Part shown: piece after piece, positions 31,668 to 41,917 of the stretch
How positions within the stretch are numbered: the stretch's first letter is position 1
Layout: the number at the start of each line of letters is the position of its first letter
Virus record (IMG/VR): IMGVR_UViG_3300000976_000008
Location: 344,350 to 408,349 of that record
From: a virus
Taxonomy: Duplodnaviria; Heunggongvirae; Uroviricota; Caudoviricetes
DNA: 64,000 nucleotides
Direction: 5' to 3' (one strand)
The notes under the pieces: generated by a model
What the model saw: the letters and a program-made list of their open reading frames with translations, nothing else
What the model was told of the DNA's origin: nothing
The model's database searches: none
Translations under genes and position numbers: made by a program

Positions 31668-32581
31668 AATTAGCTGATGCTACAAATCTCTCGCTCTATG
31701 AAGCAAGCATCGCCTGCGATTCTATTGTAATACTCGAAGATGGCGAAGGCCCAAGATGGAAATTCGCATACGACAACTGGCATCACGATCCTAATCCAGA
31801 TATCCTTCTATTAGGCTCTTGGCGACATCCGAGTACCCAGAACAATCTCGTAGGCGGAATCAATCTACATTATCTCAATGATAAGCAGCGAGATAGTTTA
31901 GCTAGAATACTACCGAAGATCATGGGAGGTGGGAATCTCAAAGATCGATATTGGATCGGTAGAGAAGCACTCCCAGATGTCTTCAATAACTTCTACAGAA
32001 CATATAACGCCAATTTCATACGTGGTGTCAGAAAAGACGTTATGTTCCCGAAATTTGGATTCATGAAGACTGCCCAAAACTGGATTAAGAAAAAGTTAGG
32101 AGGCATCTTAAAAAGCAAAGAACAAAGAGCTAAAGAAGCTGAACCTAAATATCCAGAAGATCTTGGTAGGATGCAAGATAAACTAGACCAAGTAGTTCTT
32201 CAGTTGCAGGCAAAAGACGCAACCGATGCCGAGCCAGAAATTGAAGATACACCAGAAATGCAAGCCGCGAGATCCGCATTCCAAGATTATCAACGTGAAA
32301 AAACAATGGCTGGAATCCAACAAAAGGAAAACCAACCATTACAAGCTGCACAACAGGATATTAAACAACAAGATGTTGTAGACCAATTACAACAGCAACA
32401 ACAACAGCAAAACGAAGTCGATTTAGCCGCTGAAAGAAGGCAAAATCAAGAAGAATTGTTAAATCCTAACAACGAAATAGATCTGAGCAGCGACGAAATT
32501 GACCTTTCAGAGGCAATAAGATACTACTCGCCAACTCTTGGTAGATATGTCATCGAAGAAGACAATACAGTCTTAAGCTAA
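31664..32581 (+). CDS. T4 gp2-like DNA end protector protein
   Basis: GGINLHYL and FYRTY motifs. Confidence 0.7.
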   Translation: MKLADATNLSLYEASIACDSIVILEDGEGPRWKFAYDNWHHDPNPDILLLGSWRHPSTQNNLVGGINLHYLNDKQRDSLARILPKIMGGGNLKDRYWIGREALPDVFNNFYRTYNANFIRGVRKDVMFPKFGFMKTAQNWIKKKLGGILKSKEQRAKEAEPKYPEDLGRMQDKLDQVVLQLQAKDATDAEPEIEDTPEMQAARSAFQDYQREKTMAGIQQKENQPLQAAQQDIKQQDVVDQLQQQQQQQNEVDLAAERRQNQEELLNPNNEIDLSSDEIDLSEAIRYYSPTLGRYVIEEDNTVLS

Positions 32582-32591
32582 TTGCTCCTAA

Positions 32592-34250
32592 ATGAGCGAG
32601 TATCATAGAGAAATAGAAGAATATAGGATCAAATTCGCAGCAGTCGATAGAAAAGATCCTAAATCTCTGCGAAGATTCTTTGACAGATACCCACATCTGC
32701 GAACAACAGATATGGCTCTAATTGTCGAAAGAGACACAAACTATGTCCGAAGTCTGAGAATACTCGCAGGACTTGGAAAGCCACCAGTAAAGCATAGGCC
32801 GACCAATCCCAATAGAAAAATCATAAACATAAAAGTCCCCGAAAATTGGGATAATGAAAAATGGTTAAGGAGAGCAGCCGCTCTCTATTCAACTTTAGCC
32901 ATATCAAAGGCCATAGGAGTAAGCAGAAGGACTATTCTGCGGCGATTCGAAAAATACGGAATCAAAGCCCAGAGTTATGAAGAGTCCATGAGACCAAACA
33001 ACCCATGCTGCAACAAAGCTTGGGTCCACAAGCATTACGTAGAAGACAGATTATCTCAAACTGAATGTGCCAGACTAGCCGGAATCACCAGAGCAGGATT
33101 TACAAAATGGCTAGTAAGATTCAAAATAGCTGTTAGAACTCCAAAAGAAACGTACGCAAAAAGAAAAACTGTAACAATATGGCCCAGAGAGTTACTGCAC
33201 AAATTAAACGATCAACCAATAGTTAGAAAATGCTACGTCAGAGATGACCATATACATGTAAGATTCATGAATTACTTTTGGGAAACTTACTACCTCAATA
33301 AACCAGCCACAAATAAAGCAAACGCTAGAATTCCAAGATCATACGGAATCACCAGAAAAGAAGCAAAACTGGAAAGTGTCCCACCAGTAATACAACAATA
33401 TGAATCTGATTTCGATAGATCTTACCCAGCCCACATAGTAATCCCAAGAGATAAATGGGATGCAGCGAGTTTCATAGAACAAAGACTAGCAGTACATGAA
33501 TTCGCCAGACAAATGACTCAAAGAGGTTGGATAGACCCAAATTATCCTCAGCACATCATAGATGCTGAATGGGACAAGCTCAAAAACATCAATTCAGCAA
33601 GATATCTCAGAAAGAGTACATTTACCGCATTTCCGTGTATAGGAACTCAAGCACCACCAGGAAGAAGATTAGTTGAAAATTACTTCGATTTCAATGAATT
33701 ATGGGATGTGATCAGAAGTCCAAGATGGACTATGAACACTCTAAATAGTCTAACCAGCAAGAAGCTTCAAATTGACACACACAATTTCTACCGAACAATG
33801 ATGGCAGAAATACGAAAACCAATGCCCAGAATGGTGGATCCAGGTCTCTATATAGTATTATTCAAGAGGTTAGGAATAACTGGTAAAATATTAGATCTAA
33901 CTCCTAACCATGGAAGCAGAGCAGTCGCAAGTGCCATCAATGGCATCACATATTGCACTCTGCCAAATGAAAAGGTACAAAAAGCGATCAACAAAGGATT
34001 ATGCGAGCAAACAGGTCTAAATTACGAAGAGTACGATGATGGTAAAGTAGACCTCGTCATGATAGATAATGACCTCAGAGAATGCGATATTGAATTAGCA
34101 ATGGAATATGCTTCGAAAGCCAAACGAATCATGGCCTTCGTACCCCGAAACAAAAAGTCAATAATCGCATCGAAGTACAAACCAAGCTCGATTATCCAAA
34201 TCAAAGCCCGATTCTTCAGAAAAACTCCAGATTTCCTCTTCATCTGGTGA
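32592..34250 (+). CDS. Multi-HTH protein with degenerate SAM-methyltransferase-like C-terminus
   Basis: STLAISKAIGVSRRTILRRF and LSQTECARLAGITRAGFTKWL HTHs; ILDLTPNHGSR and VDLVMID as degenerate MTase motifs. Confidence 0.6.
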   Translation: MSEYHREIEEYRIKFAAVDRKDPKSLRRFFDRYPHLRTTDMALIVERDTNYVRSLRILAGLGKPPVKHRPTNPNRKIINIKVPENWDNEKWLRRAAALYSTLAISKAIGVSRRTILRRFEKYGIKAQSYEESMRPNNPCCNKAWVHKHYVEDRLSQTECARLAGITRAGFTKWLVRFKIAVRTPKETYAKRKTVTIWPRELLHKLNDQPIVRKCYVRDDHIHVRFMNYFWETYYLNKPATNKANARIPRSYGITRKEAKLESVPPVIQQYESDFDRSYPAHIVIPRDKWDAASFIEQRLAVHEFARQMTQRGWIDPNYPQHIIDAEWDKLKNINSARYLRKSTFTAFPCIGTQAPPGRRLVENYFDFNELWDVIRSPRWTMNTLNSLTSKKLQIDTHNFYRTMMAEIRKPMPRMVDPGLYIVLFKRLGITGKILDLTPNHGSRAVASAINGITYCTLPNEKVQKAINKGLCEQTGLNYEEYDDGKVDLVMIDNDLRECDIELAMEYASKAKRIMAFVPRNKKSIIASKYKPSSIIQIKARFFRKTPDFLFIW

Positions 34251-34349
34251 CAGAATAAAATATAAGGCGTTGAGAGTAGAAATCACCTATACGAATATAG
34301 TCGCACCAAAAATACCGTAAATATTGCGACCATCTGGAGCAGCAGTAAA

Positions 34350-36803
34350 ATGGCATTAGACCAAATCCCTCCCCACTCATCACTCACTGATGGGCAATTT
34401 GTGCAGGTATCTGGCCCTGACGGAATCACAACAGGGTACCATTATGACCAGCAACAAAGGGCTTTGTACTTCAAAGAGTCGCAAGTCTTATTCCCAAGTT
34501 TCCACGGTCAAAGCCACATAGCTGAAGACCCAATTCCGAACGCCACTTGCGACACTCCAGGTTTATTGTCAGATGACGATAAATGCAAACTGGACGCAAT
34601 GCTTCAAACAAGACTAGGAGTCCTCGGGTTCCAAGGAGCAGGATTCCCAGATGATGGCGGTTGGATGCAAGGAGATATTATCCTTGCAGCCGGTACAGAA
34701 TTCATCAGTCTAGAAAGAATCGGAAACGTAATCCGATTCACTGTGGATAGCCCAATTCCTCTGAATTGTGCATGTGAAGAATGCCAACAAATATTCTGGG
34801 TCCAAGACGAAACAGACACAGCAGCTATCAGACCACCAACATGCGGTGGTAAATTACCAGGAGTTAATTCTTACGGAGAGATGAAGATTTATCTCTTCCC
34901 AGAATCGACTATTGCAGATCCTAGCAATACTGCGGCAACACTGAATAATAAGGGTACACATCCAGCCTTTATCTTCAAACGATTTGACGATACAATCGTG
35001 CCTGGTGCTGCAGAACACGAAATGGTTTTGGTTCGCGATCCGAATAATACTCTACAGACACAAGTGGGATGGGCATTCACACCTGGTGCTGCTGGTGTTG
35101 CTGAGATGGTTTGGTTCATGGGTAAAGATGACGAAGGCGGACAGCTTCGTTTCGATCTTGAACCAGAAAGTACCCCAGGATTGCTTGGATCACTCTTGTT
35201 CAATGGTCACTTGTTGACTAAGAAAATGGGTGTAGTAGTTGATTACACATCAACTATTCTAAGCACTAACCAATATACAGTCAGAGAATGGAATGTCGAT
35301 TCAGCAACAGCTATCGGTGATCCTTTCACTGCAACAAACGCCTGGATGTATCAAAATCCAGAAAATCCAAGATCAGGTACTAATCCACAAACTCTCGTTT
35401 CTGATTCAACGGTTGATCTCCTTCCAATAGGTAGTCTCGTAAACCTATGGGCATTCAAGGTCGGTGAAGTCTCAGGTGAATCAATCCTGAGATACTATTT
35501 CAGAGAGAAGCCTAGATTCAATCCTAACCATGCTTGGACTTGGCTTGGTAAGACGCAATTCGGAGATGTTGTCACAGCCCGTGCAGAACTAATGCCTAGT
35601 GCTGGAGATGACGATAAATCATCTGCTGAATTGGTTTCAGCCGCAAGAGGATTTGAAACCAGTATGTGGGGTCTGACAGGATTAGATGACCCTCTTCTAA
35701 GCTTCGATATGGCGGTTGCATCTGGCACTGAAAATTCTGAAGTTAACATTCAACACAGAGCAGCCATTGATACCAATCTTCCAGGATTGACGGTAGTGGC
35801 TAGTGACATAGTCCCAGATGACTTTAGCGAACGTCCAGTCTTACTTTGGAACAGACATAATGTTTGCAATGCTATCGTGAGGGCAGATGTTGGTCGACCA
35901 ACCAGTTCAGAATTTGTCCCATACGACATAATTCTAAGAGGCGAGATTGATCAACACACAACAAAGTACATGCAAGTTGTTGGTAAGGGAGAATTTAACG
36001 GCTTGAATTATGTTCAAGTCACTGGCGTCCACTTCCATGATCTTCCTCAATTTGGAGCAGTTAGAGTTCTGGCTCCTTCAAATAACCACAATAGCGTCTT
36101 CAATTACAGTAGAAAGCTAGTTTTCCCAACTTCCACTGGAACTAATCCAACCAGCCCAAGTGCTATCGACTTGGATACAGTCGTCCTTGCTGGCGGAGAT
36201 GCTTACCCTGGTGATATTGGTGACATAGTTGAGCTTCTTCACCAAGAATATTCGTCTCCAGTGGTTCGCGTCGAATTCTCAACAGCGGCTACTGGATTGG
36301 TCGAAGTGCAATTCAAGGTAGGCACACTTGATATGAGCCTTCCTTATGAAGAGGATGTTCTGGCTGATGACGCAGATGATTATGTTCGTGGTTTAGCACC
36401 TGGCTACTCTGTAAGTGCAATCTACTCACAATCAGGAACATTTACCGGAATTGGCACTCAACCAAGTGCATCTCCAGACGGCTTTATTTGCTATGATGGA
36501 GGAGCTGTTGTTGGTGCAACTGAGCCTGAATTCTGGAATCGCTTAGAGGTAATGATTAGGGATAATCAAGTTTGGATTTGGTGGAATGAGTTGTTGATAC
36601 CACCAAATTCTACTTTGAGTGCTAATCTTGCCACACCGGTTGAAGTAGAGACTCCTTACTTCTCAATCGCAACCGACGCGACACGTGACAGTGGTAAAAT
36701 GGGGATGAGACTCTGGCCTGGTGCTAAGGTTCGAAGATTCGATGTTCGAACTCAATTGACTCTCTTCAACGAGTTCACATACGGTCAACTTGAAGTAGTA
36801 TAA
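34350..36803 (+). CDS. Large virion structural protein
   Basis: FHGQSHIAEDPIPNATCDTPGLLSDDDKCKLD fibre motif; N-terminus related to 47256-52135 proteins. Confidence 0.7.
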   Translation: MALDQIPPHSSLTDGQFVQVSGPDGITTGYHYDQQQRALYFKESQVLFPSFHGQSHIAEDPIPNATCDTPGLLSDDDKCKLDAMLQTRLGVLGFQGAGFPDDGGWMQGDIILAAGTEFISLERIGNVIRFTVDSPIPLNCACEECQQIFWVQDETDTAAIRPPTCGGKLPGVNSYGEMKIYLFPESTIADPSNTAATLNNKGTHPAFIFKRFDDTIVPGAAEHEMVLVRDPNNTLQTQVGWAFTPGAAGVAEMVWFMGKDDEGGQLRFDLEPESTPGLLGSLLFNGHLLTKKMGVVVDYTSTILSTNQYTVREWNVDSATAIGDPFTATNAWMYQNPENPRSGTNPQTLVSDSTVDLLPIGSLVNLWAFKVGEVSGESILRYYFREKPRFNPNHAWTWLGKTQFGDVVTARAELMPSAGDDDKSSAELVSAARGFETSMWGLTGLDDPLLSFDMAVASGTENSEVNIQHRAAIDTNLPGLTVVASDIVPDDFSERPVLLWNRHNVCNAIVRADVGRPTSSEFVPYDIILRGEIDQHTTKYMQVVGKGEFNGLNYVQVTGVHFHDLPQFGAVRVLAPSNNHNSVFNYSRKLVFPTSTGTNPTSPSAIDLDTVVLAGGDAYPGDIGDIVELLHQEYSSPVVRVEFSTAATGLVEVQFKVGTLDMSLPYEEDVLADDADDYVRGLAPGYSVSAIYSQSGTFTGIGTQPSASPDGFICYDGGAVVGATEPEFWNRLEVMIRDNQVWIWWNELLIPPNSTLSANLATPVEVETPYFSIATDATRDSGKMGMRLWPGAKVRRFDVRTQLTLFNEFTYGQLEVV

Positions 36804-37135
36804 TGAAACCGCCGACGTTTGCACCAACTTACGTTGCATTATATCCCATACTTTCTGAGATAGCTCAATCATTTGGGTACGCTCTAGCTATCCATGGCAG
36901 TGTTTCTAGAGATTTCGATTTGGTCGCAATACCTTGGATCGAAGATGCTGGAGATCCTGAACAATTAATTCGAGACATAGCCGCAGCTATGTCTTATACG
37001 ATGGACACCACAATAACGATAGATAGGTTGTTCAAAGCACCATATACTGAGGAGAAACCCCATGGTAGGAGATCATGGGCAATCCCTCTTGAAGGTGGTG
37101 CTGTTTTAGATATTTCTATAATGCCTAGAATATGA
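36803..37135 (+). CDS. Conserved phage protein, nucleotidyltransferase-like motif
   Basis: GYALAIHGSVSRDFDLVAIPW...KPHGR. Confidence 0.6.
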   Translation: MKPPTFAPTYVALYPILSEIAQSFGYALAIHGSVSRDFDLVAIPWIEDAGDPEQLIRDIAAAMSYTMDTTITIDRLFKAPYTEEKPHGRRSWAIPLEGGAVLDISIMPRI

Positions 37136-37536
37136 TATTAGCTTCATTTGTATTTGAAAATAACGACGACATCAAGAGTGGAAAATTCATTCTCCACCAA
37201 GAATCAAAAGATGATGTCCACGTCAAAATCGATAGAAAGCTCAGAAGAGAGCCTCTATTAGGAATGAAGCAACCCACGCCTCCTGGGGCAATGCTCGGAT
37301 GGGAAGCAAGCCTTTCAGTAATGTATAAAGGCCAAATTGCTGATGGATATCCCTTCGAGCTTCACGAAAAATTTGGAGAAGCTCAAAAAGGGCTAACAGA
37401 CGCAAATGGCGTCGCATCTCTTGATATCGAATTTCCCGAAATCAGGAGATCTGAATTCACTTTACACATTAACGAAAAAGAAGTGATTGCAACAGATGGA
37501 TGTGATAAAGAAAGCAATCAAACAGATAATCTTTGA
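37132..37536 (+). CDS. Hypothetical protein
   Basis: Coupled ORF. Confidence 0.55.
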   Translation: MILASFVFENNDDIKSGKFILHQESKDDVHVKIDRKLRREPLLGMKQPTPPGAMLGWEASLSVMYKGQIADGYPFELHEKFGEAQKGLTDANGVASLDIEFPEIRRSEFTLHINEKEVIATDGCDKESNQTDNL

Positions 37537-37888
37537 AAGATTGAAAAAGAAGTATCGCTGCTTCCTGAATCCAGACTACAAAGATTGCACCTATCTGGAT
37601 TATTCAAACTCAATTGGAATCGAGCTAGGCGGAAACCATGGTTACTTGATGATCATGTTCCGTACTGAAGAAAGCAAAAGCGACGATTACGGGATCAGAA
37701 TAATCTGGTCCGAAGGCAAAAGCACGATGGGTTATGAGACGCTTCTGCTAGTTCCGGAGTATGACATCGCAGAACCAAATCTCGAAACTCTTCTCACAAT
37801 GATAGAAGGCACTCTTGTAGAGTTCTACAAGAGACGATTACACTGGACAGCTTATCTCCATCTCCACCCATCTCCAACTAAAACTTAG
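37487..37888 (+). CDS. Hypothetical protein
   Basis: ORF; start may be 37496. Confidence 0.5.
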   Translation: MQQMDVIKKAIKQIIFERLKKKYRCFLNPDYKDCTYLDYSNSIGIELGGNHGYLMIMFRTEESKSDDYGIRIIWSEGKSTMGYETLLLVPEYDIAEPNLETLLTMIEGTLVEFYKRRLHWTAYLHLHPSPTKT

Positions 37889-38354
37889 TAGAGATAACTG
37901 TCGCGAGATTGGATAATAATTGGGCTTTACCTTCCAATGGTTGCCCATCGGATGCTTTGATAACATCCCTCAGGAGGCTGTCGAAAAGGCCGTCCGGATT
38001 CGCTTTCCCTCGCTGCGTAGCTCCAGCATCTAGCCAGCCAGAAGGGGCTTGGAAACCCCAAAGAGAAGCTTTCGCAGCATCTCCCGCAAGCAATTCGGCA
38101 GCAGCTTCTTTCACTCTAATCTGTACGGCATTTCTAAGAGTGTTGAAAGCAGCACCAATGCCACTATCTCCAATAGGCTGCTTCACGGAGTGTTTTTGAC
38201 CACTCCCCTGCAACAATCCCATTGGTTCTAAGATATTTCTGAGTTTCGACAGAGTCGTTACTACAAGATTCTTAGATGCCTGATTTCGGGCTACATCATC
38301 AGCGTGTCCCATACCGAGACCACGCCTACCCTCTGCTATCATTCGAAGTTTCAT
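37878..38354 (-). CDS. Hypothetical protein with MKLRMIAE leader (putative internal head protein)
   Basis: Start refined to ATG 38354. Confidence 0.6.
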   Translation of the reverse strand: MKLRMIAEGRRGLGMGHADDVARNQASKNLVVTTLSKLRNILEPMGLLQGSGQKHSVKQPIGDSGIGAAFNTLRNAVQIRVKEAAAELLAGDAAKASLWGFQAPSGWLDAGATQRGKANPDGLFDSLLRDVIKASDGQPLEGKAQLLSNLATVISTKF

Positions 38355-38425
38355 GAGGTATATTTGTCTCAAAAAACCTATGGTTGATGAAAATATAAAA
38401 TTTTCAATTCTAAGTTGGAATCAAC

Positions 38426-39211
38426 ATGTCATATGTCTTGAAATTGTCATCATTAACGTCCTATACAAATGGTAATATCAAATCATGGTTAGCTATTGAT
38501 GATTTGAAAGGAGACCCTTGTTTTGAAGATGCAAATGCATATAATGATAGTATTCCAGATTTCTCTGAATTATTTACAGATATAAATTCTGGTATCAATA
38601 TTCCCAACATTGCAGGATCTGGATTAGAAGTTAAAAGAGCTATTCCGGAGATTTCTTGTATCTATACAGTAGATGAGAAGAGCTTTGAATTTTCTGCCTT
38701 AAGAGATAACGACAATTTCTTGATTTTAACAGGAAATGGGTCTTGGGAACATTTCGCACAATATTACGCTTCTGACGCAATTTCTTTTATCAACAAAATT
38801 TGGGCAGGTGCATCAACAGTCCCTGAAACTTTCAACATTTCAGGAATCATTCCAGGAGATTCAACAGATGTCTTCGATTGGAACACAAGTTCAACTAACG
38901 ATATCGTTAGGTCTGCATTCAAAATAACAGAAGATTCTGCAATTTCTGTTCCATCAGCAGAAATAGAATTTATTAACGGAGTCCCAAAAATAATATATGT
39001 CATAGGACCATTAGGTTTAGGGACAAATACTGGCGGTGCAGAAGTTGAAGTACTCAATACTGATGGAGTATTATCTTATACTCTATTGAGCCAGAAATTT
39101 ATTAATTCAGTCAACTATTTAGATCTATCTTGGAATGATTTAACTTCATCCAATACTAATGTTGGTTCTTTCACCCAAGCGATGGGCGATTTTATTTTTA
39201 TGCTTCCTTAG
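38426..39211 (+). CDS. Hypothetical AT-rich protein
   Basis: 261-aa ORF. Confidence 0.6.
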   Translation: MSYVLKLSSLTSYTNGNIKSWLAIDDLKGDPCFEDANAYNDSIPDFSELFTDINSGINIPNIAGSGLEVKRAIPEISCIYTVDEKSFEFSALRDNDNFLILTGNGSWEHFAQYYASDAISFINKIWAGASTVPETFNISGIIPGDSTDVFDWNTSSTNDIVRSAFKITEDSAISVPSAEIEFINGVPKIIYVIGPLGLGTNTGGAEVEVLNTDGVLSYTLLSQKFINSVNYLDLSWNDLTSSNTNVGSFTQAMGDFIFMLP

Positions 39212-39656
39212 ATAATTTCCGTTTCATCAAACGGATTCTTCTCCTATTTCTCTTGGCTTTCTTCCTCACATGCGATAATAGATAGCCACCGATAGGTTGT
39301 TCCAGACACGTCAATCTATCAATCTTCCAAGTCTGGAAAGACATATCTGCAGGAGTATCAGCAAAGAATATGGGGTAGATCTTATGATCTCGAAAGAAAC
39401 TACCCAGCGATAAACCGCCAAGATGGTGGGCCAATACTAATCTATCATTAGCCGCTACACATCCCATCAAGACAGCACGATGATAGGAATCAGTATCAAC
39501 GATCCAAGTCTTTCGTTCATAAATGCCAAGCACTCTGATAGAGTAATCGACAATAAACTTATCCTTGAACCTTGAAGCCCAAACTACTACAAATCTATCT
39601 TGTAGTGATTTTTGTTTAAGTTTAGGCTTAGGGACATCGGCGGGAATCGAACCCAT
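39198..39656 (-). CDS. Hypothetical protein
   Basis: ORF in a - strand operon. Confidence 0.55.
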   Translation of the reverse strand: MGSIPADVPKPKLKQKSLQDRFVVVWASRFKDKFIVDYSIRVLGIYERKTWIVDTDSYHRAVLMGCVAANDRLVLAHHLGGLSLGSFFRDHKIYPIFFADTPADMSFQTWKIDRLTCLEQPIGGYLLSHVRKKAKRNRRRIRLMKRKLSKEA

Positions 39657-39824
39657 ATCTCGCTTCCAAAACGCTCATCTAGAATTGCGACATTTTCGGC
39701 TTTTGATAGATTACACTTTACACTTCTCTTGCAGCTTGCATGGCCACAATCGTAGGAGGGAGTTTGCTATCTTCGATCTTGGTTAAAACCAAGCTGTGTG
39801 CCAACACAGTTCCAACATCCATAA

Positions 39825-40118
39825 TTACTTGTTCAGACTTTGGAGTTCTGTCCAAGTGTACTTTTTGTACTTCTCGAAAGCTTTTGCGACTTTGTGATTA
39901 TACTTATGCAGTATGTCACCTGGTTCTGGGCTTTCTCTTCTCATCATTGAAGGGGTCTTTTGGAACACTTCAAGATTCCAACTTGAATCTGGACCAACTA
40001 CTACTAGTTCCAATAGTATCATTGGTTTTGGATTGGGTTGTTCGTTATACTCTCCAATTAATGTAACTGAACAATTCTCAGGACATTCAATTGGTACGTC
40101 TTCTGAAACCCAAATCAT
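39825..40118 (-). CDS. Hypothetical protein
   Basis: Coupled ORF. Confidence 0.55.
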   Translation of the reverse strand: MIWVSEDVPIECPENCSVTLIGEYNEQPNPKPMILLELVVVGPDSSWNLEVFQKTPSMMRRESPEPGDILHKYNHKVAKAFEKYKKYTWTELQSLNK

Positions 40119-40441
40119 TTCTTCTTTGACCTATTGTTCTGAGTTCTCAAAATGATATTATGAGATTCTACCATGTGGGACGTGACTTCTTCAAATTTGT
40201 CAGTCGCATCGAACATTGCGTCTAACAATTGCCCAGAACCTTCGATTGGAACTATCTTAGGTAAGATTGTTCCGCCTCGTGTTGTATTTACGCAATCTCT
40301 GGCGATCTGATCGGCCTCATTTACTGTTTCACCCATTCCGCCATAAAATACACCGGCAAGTGAAATTCCAGTATTTTTATCAGTAACTATTTTAGCGTAA
40401 GCAACAACATACTTCTTCGCAGTCATGAGATTTTCCTTCAA
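40115..40441 (-). CDS. Hypothetical protein
   Basis: Coupled ORF. Confidence 0.6.
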   Translation of the reverse strand: MKENLMTAKKYVVAYAKIVTDKNTGISLAGVFYGGMGETVNEADQIARDCVNTTRGGTILPKIVPIEGSGQLLDAMFDATDKFEEVTSHMVESHNIILRTQNNRSKKK

Positions 40442-40481
40442 GTAATCAGCGTTAATCCTTTACATCACTCTACTAAAAATC

Positions 40482-41585
40482 TCATTTTCCGGATGATCCG
40501 AAGCCAGCCAGTCCTCTCTGATCATAACCAGGACTAAATTCATCAATCACAGAAATATCACAGTGTGTAATTTTGTTGACAATCATTTGAGCAATTCTAT
40601 CTCCTACATCAATTTTGTATTCTTTATCAGAAGTATTCATCAGAACGACTACTAAAGGTCCTGTATAAGTGGCGTCAATGATTCCTCTGAAAGGAAGAAT
40701 CCCTTTCATCCACAGACTAGACCTACCATCGATAGTGTAATAAAATCCCGGAGGCGTGGAAACTGCGATACCAGTATCAATTGTTTTAATTTCACCAGGA
40801 GGGATCACAACATTGATAACACTGCTGAGATCATATCCGGCATCAGTAGATCGTGATCTAGTAGGGACAACAGCATCATTATTCAATAGTTTACATTCCA
40901 ATCTAACAGGATGTTCCAGTATATCACATCCCATCTGCAAAAGAAAATCTTTGAATTCATCTTCTTTAGATGTATTTTTAGCCCAATTCATGGCCTTAGT
41001 GGACCAAACAACATTATTTTGGAGATATCCCGCAGTTGGGTCTCTTCTCTCCAATGAAGCAGAATATATTGAGTTCATCCCAAACGTCATAGGTAATTTA
41101 GAGTAGAAGCACAAACCTTCTTGTTCTTCCCATTGAGATTCTAAAAATTCATGATCCAAATCGAAAGGAATACCATGTTTTTTAGATTCACTCTTTTTCC
41201 TGGCACATTGCCATTTAATCCATCCTTCTAATGTTTTCCTTTTCTCTGCAAGTTTGGTTCTTCTCTTAGAAGAACTTGGAGTTCTGTTAGAGCAAGTTTT
41301 GCAGTATGATGACAAATTGTCGACACGTGCAGCATTAGAAGAAAAAAGGTCATATGCCAAATAATGATCGCACCCACTACACCATTTAACTTTTAAACCA
41401 TCTCGGATGCTATGTGTAGAGCATGAATGTTTCTGATGTCTCAGTCTCCATTCTCTATTAAATTGTTCACCACATTTATCACATTCTGCGATCACCTTCT
41501 TATGTGAGCCAGAAGATAAGGTGCTACAATCGATGTTGTATAATTCAAATGTTTTGTCAAACAAGATGTTAATAGATCCACGCAA
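40482..41585 (-). CDS. dut: Zinc-ribbon/HNH-type endonuclease fused to trimeric dUTPase
   Basis: C-terminus has dUTPase motifs AGYDL, GRSS, GIIDATYTG, RIAQ and RGLAGFGSSG. N-terminus has CxxC pairs and QEGLCFYS...SLERRDPTAGYLQNNVVW...N.AK. Confidence 0.9.
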   Translation of the reverse strand: MRGSINILFDKTFELYNIDCSTLSSGSHKKVIAECDKCGEQFNREWRLRHQKHSCSTHSIRDGLKVKWCSGCDHYLAYDLFSSNAARVDNLSSYCKTCSNRTPSSSKRRTKLAEKRKTLEGWIKWQCARKKSESKKHGIPFDLDHEFLESQWEEQEGLCFYSKLPMTFGMNSIYSASLERRDPTAGYLQNNVVWSTKAMNWAKNTSKEDEFKDFLLQMGCDILEHPVRLECKLLNNDAVVPTRSRSTDAGYDLSSVINVVIPPGEIKTIDTGIAVSTPPGFYYTIDGRSSLWMKGILPFRGIIDATYTGPLVVVLMNTSDKEYKIDVGDRIAQMIVNKITHCDISVIDEFSPGYDQRGLAGFGSSGK

Positions 41586-41599
41586 GAAAGCGGCTCCTA

Positions 41600-41917
41600 A
41601 TGTGGAATTTTAAAGCTTACGATATCAACAAACAAATGATCGAAGGAAAGATGGAAGCAGAAACATTCCATGAGTTAGCTTTAAAACTTCGGCAGCAAGG
41701 TCTACAAGTAGTAGATGCCACTAGAAGTTTAAGAGGTACCCCAAAGAAAGGTCACTTAGAATCTAATCCTGCAGAAAGAGAATTAGCAGAAGAACGATTA
41801 GAACAAATGCGGAGAAGAATGAATCCGCCTATAAGTGAACAGCCTCCCAAGATCCCGCGAACCTCCTTAATACGTTGGGCATTAGCTCTTTTAAAATCGG
41901 CATTACGACGAAAGTAG
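41600..41917 (+). CDS. Stand-alone PilC/GspF N-terminal-like domain protein
   Basis: FKAYDINKQMIEGKMEAETFHELALKLRQQGLQVV matches the F.Y.A.D..G....G..EA.....A...LR..GL pattern. Confidence 0.65.
   Translation: MWNFKAYDINKQMIEGKMEAETFHELALKLRQQGLQVVDATRSLRGTPKKGHLESNPAERELAEERLEQMRRRMNPPISEQPPKIPRTSLIRWALALLKSALRRK

Noticed and set aside
39653-39823. Possible small or interrupted ORF (MDVGTVLAHS...REV*)
   Set aside because: Only 34 codons before a stop and no recognisable homology, so it cannot be supported.
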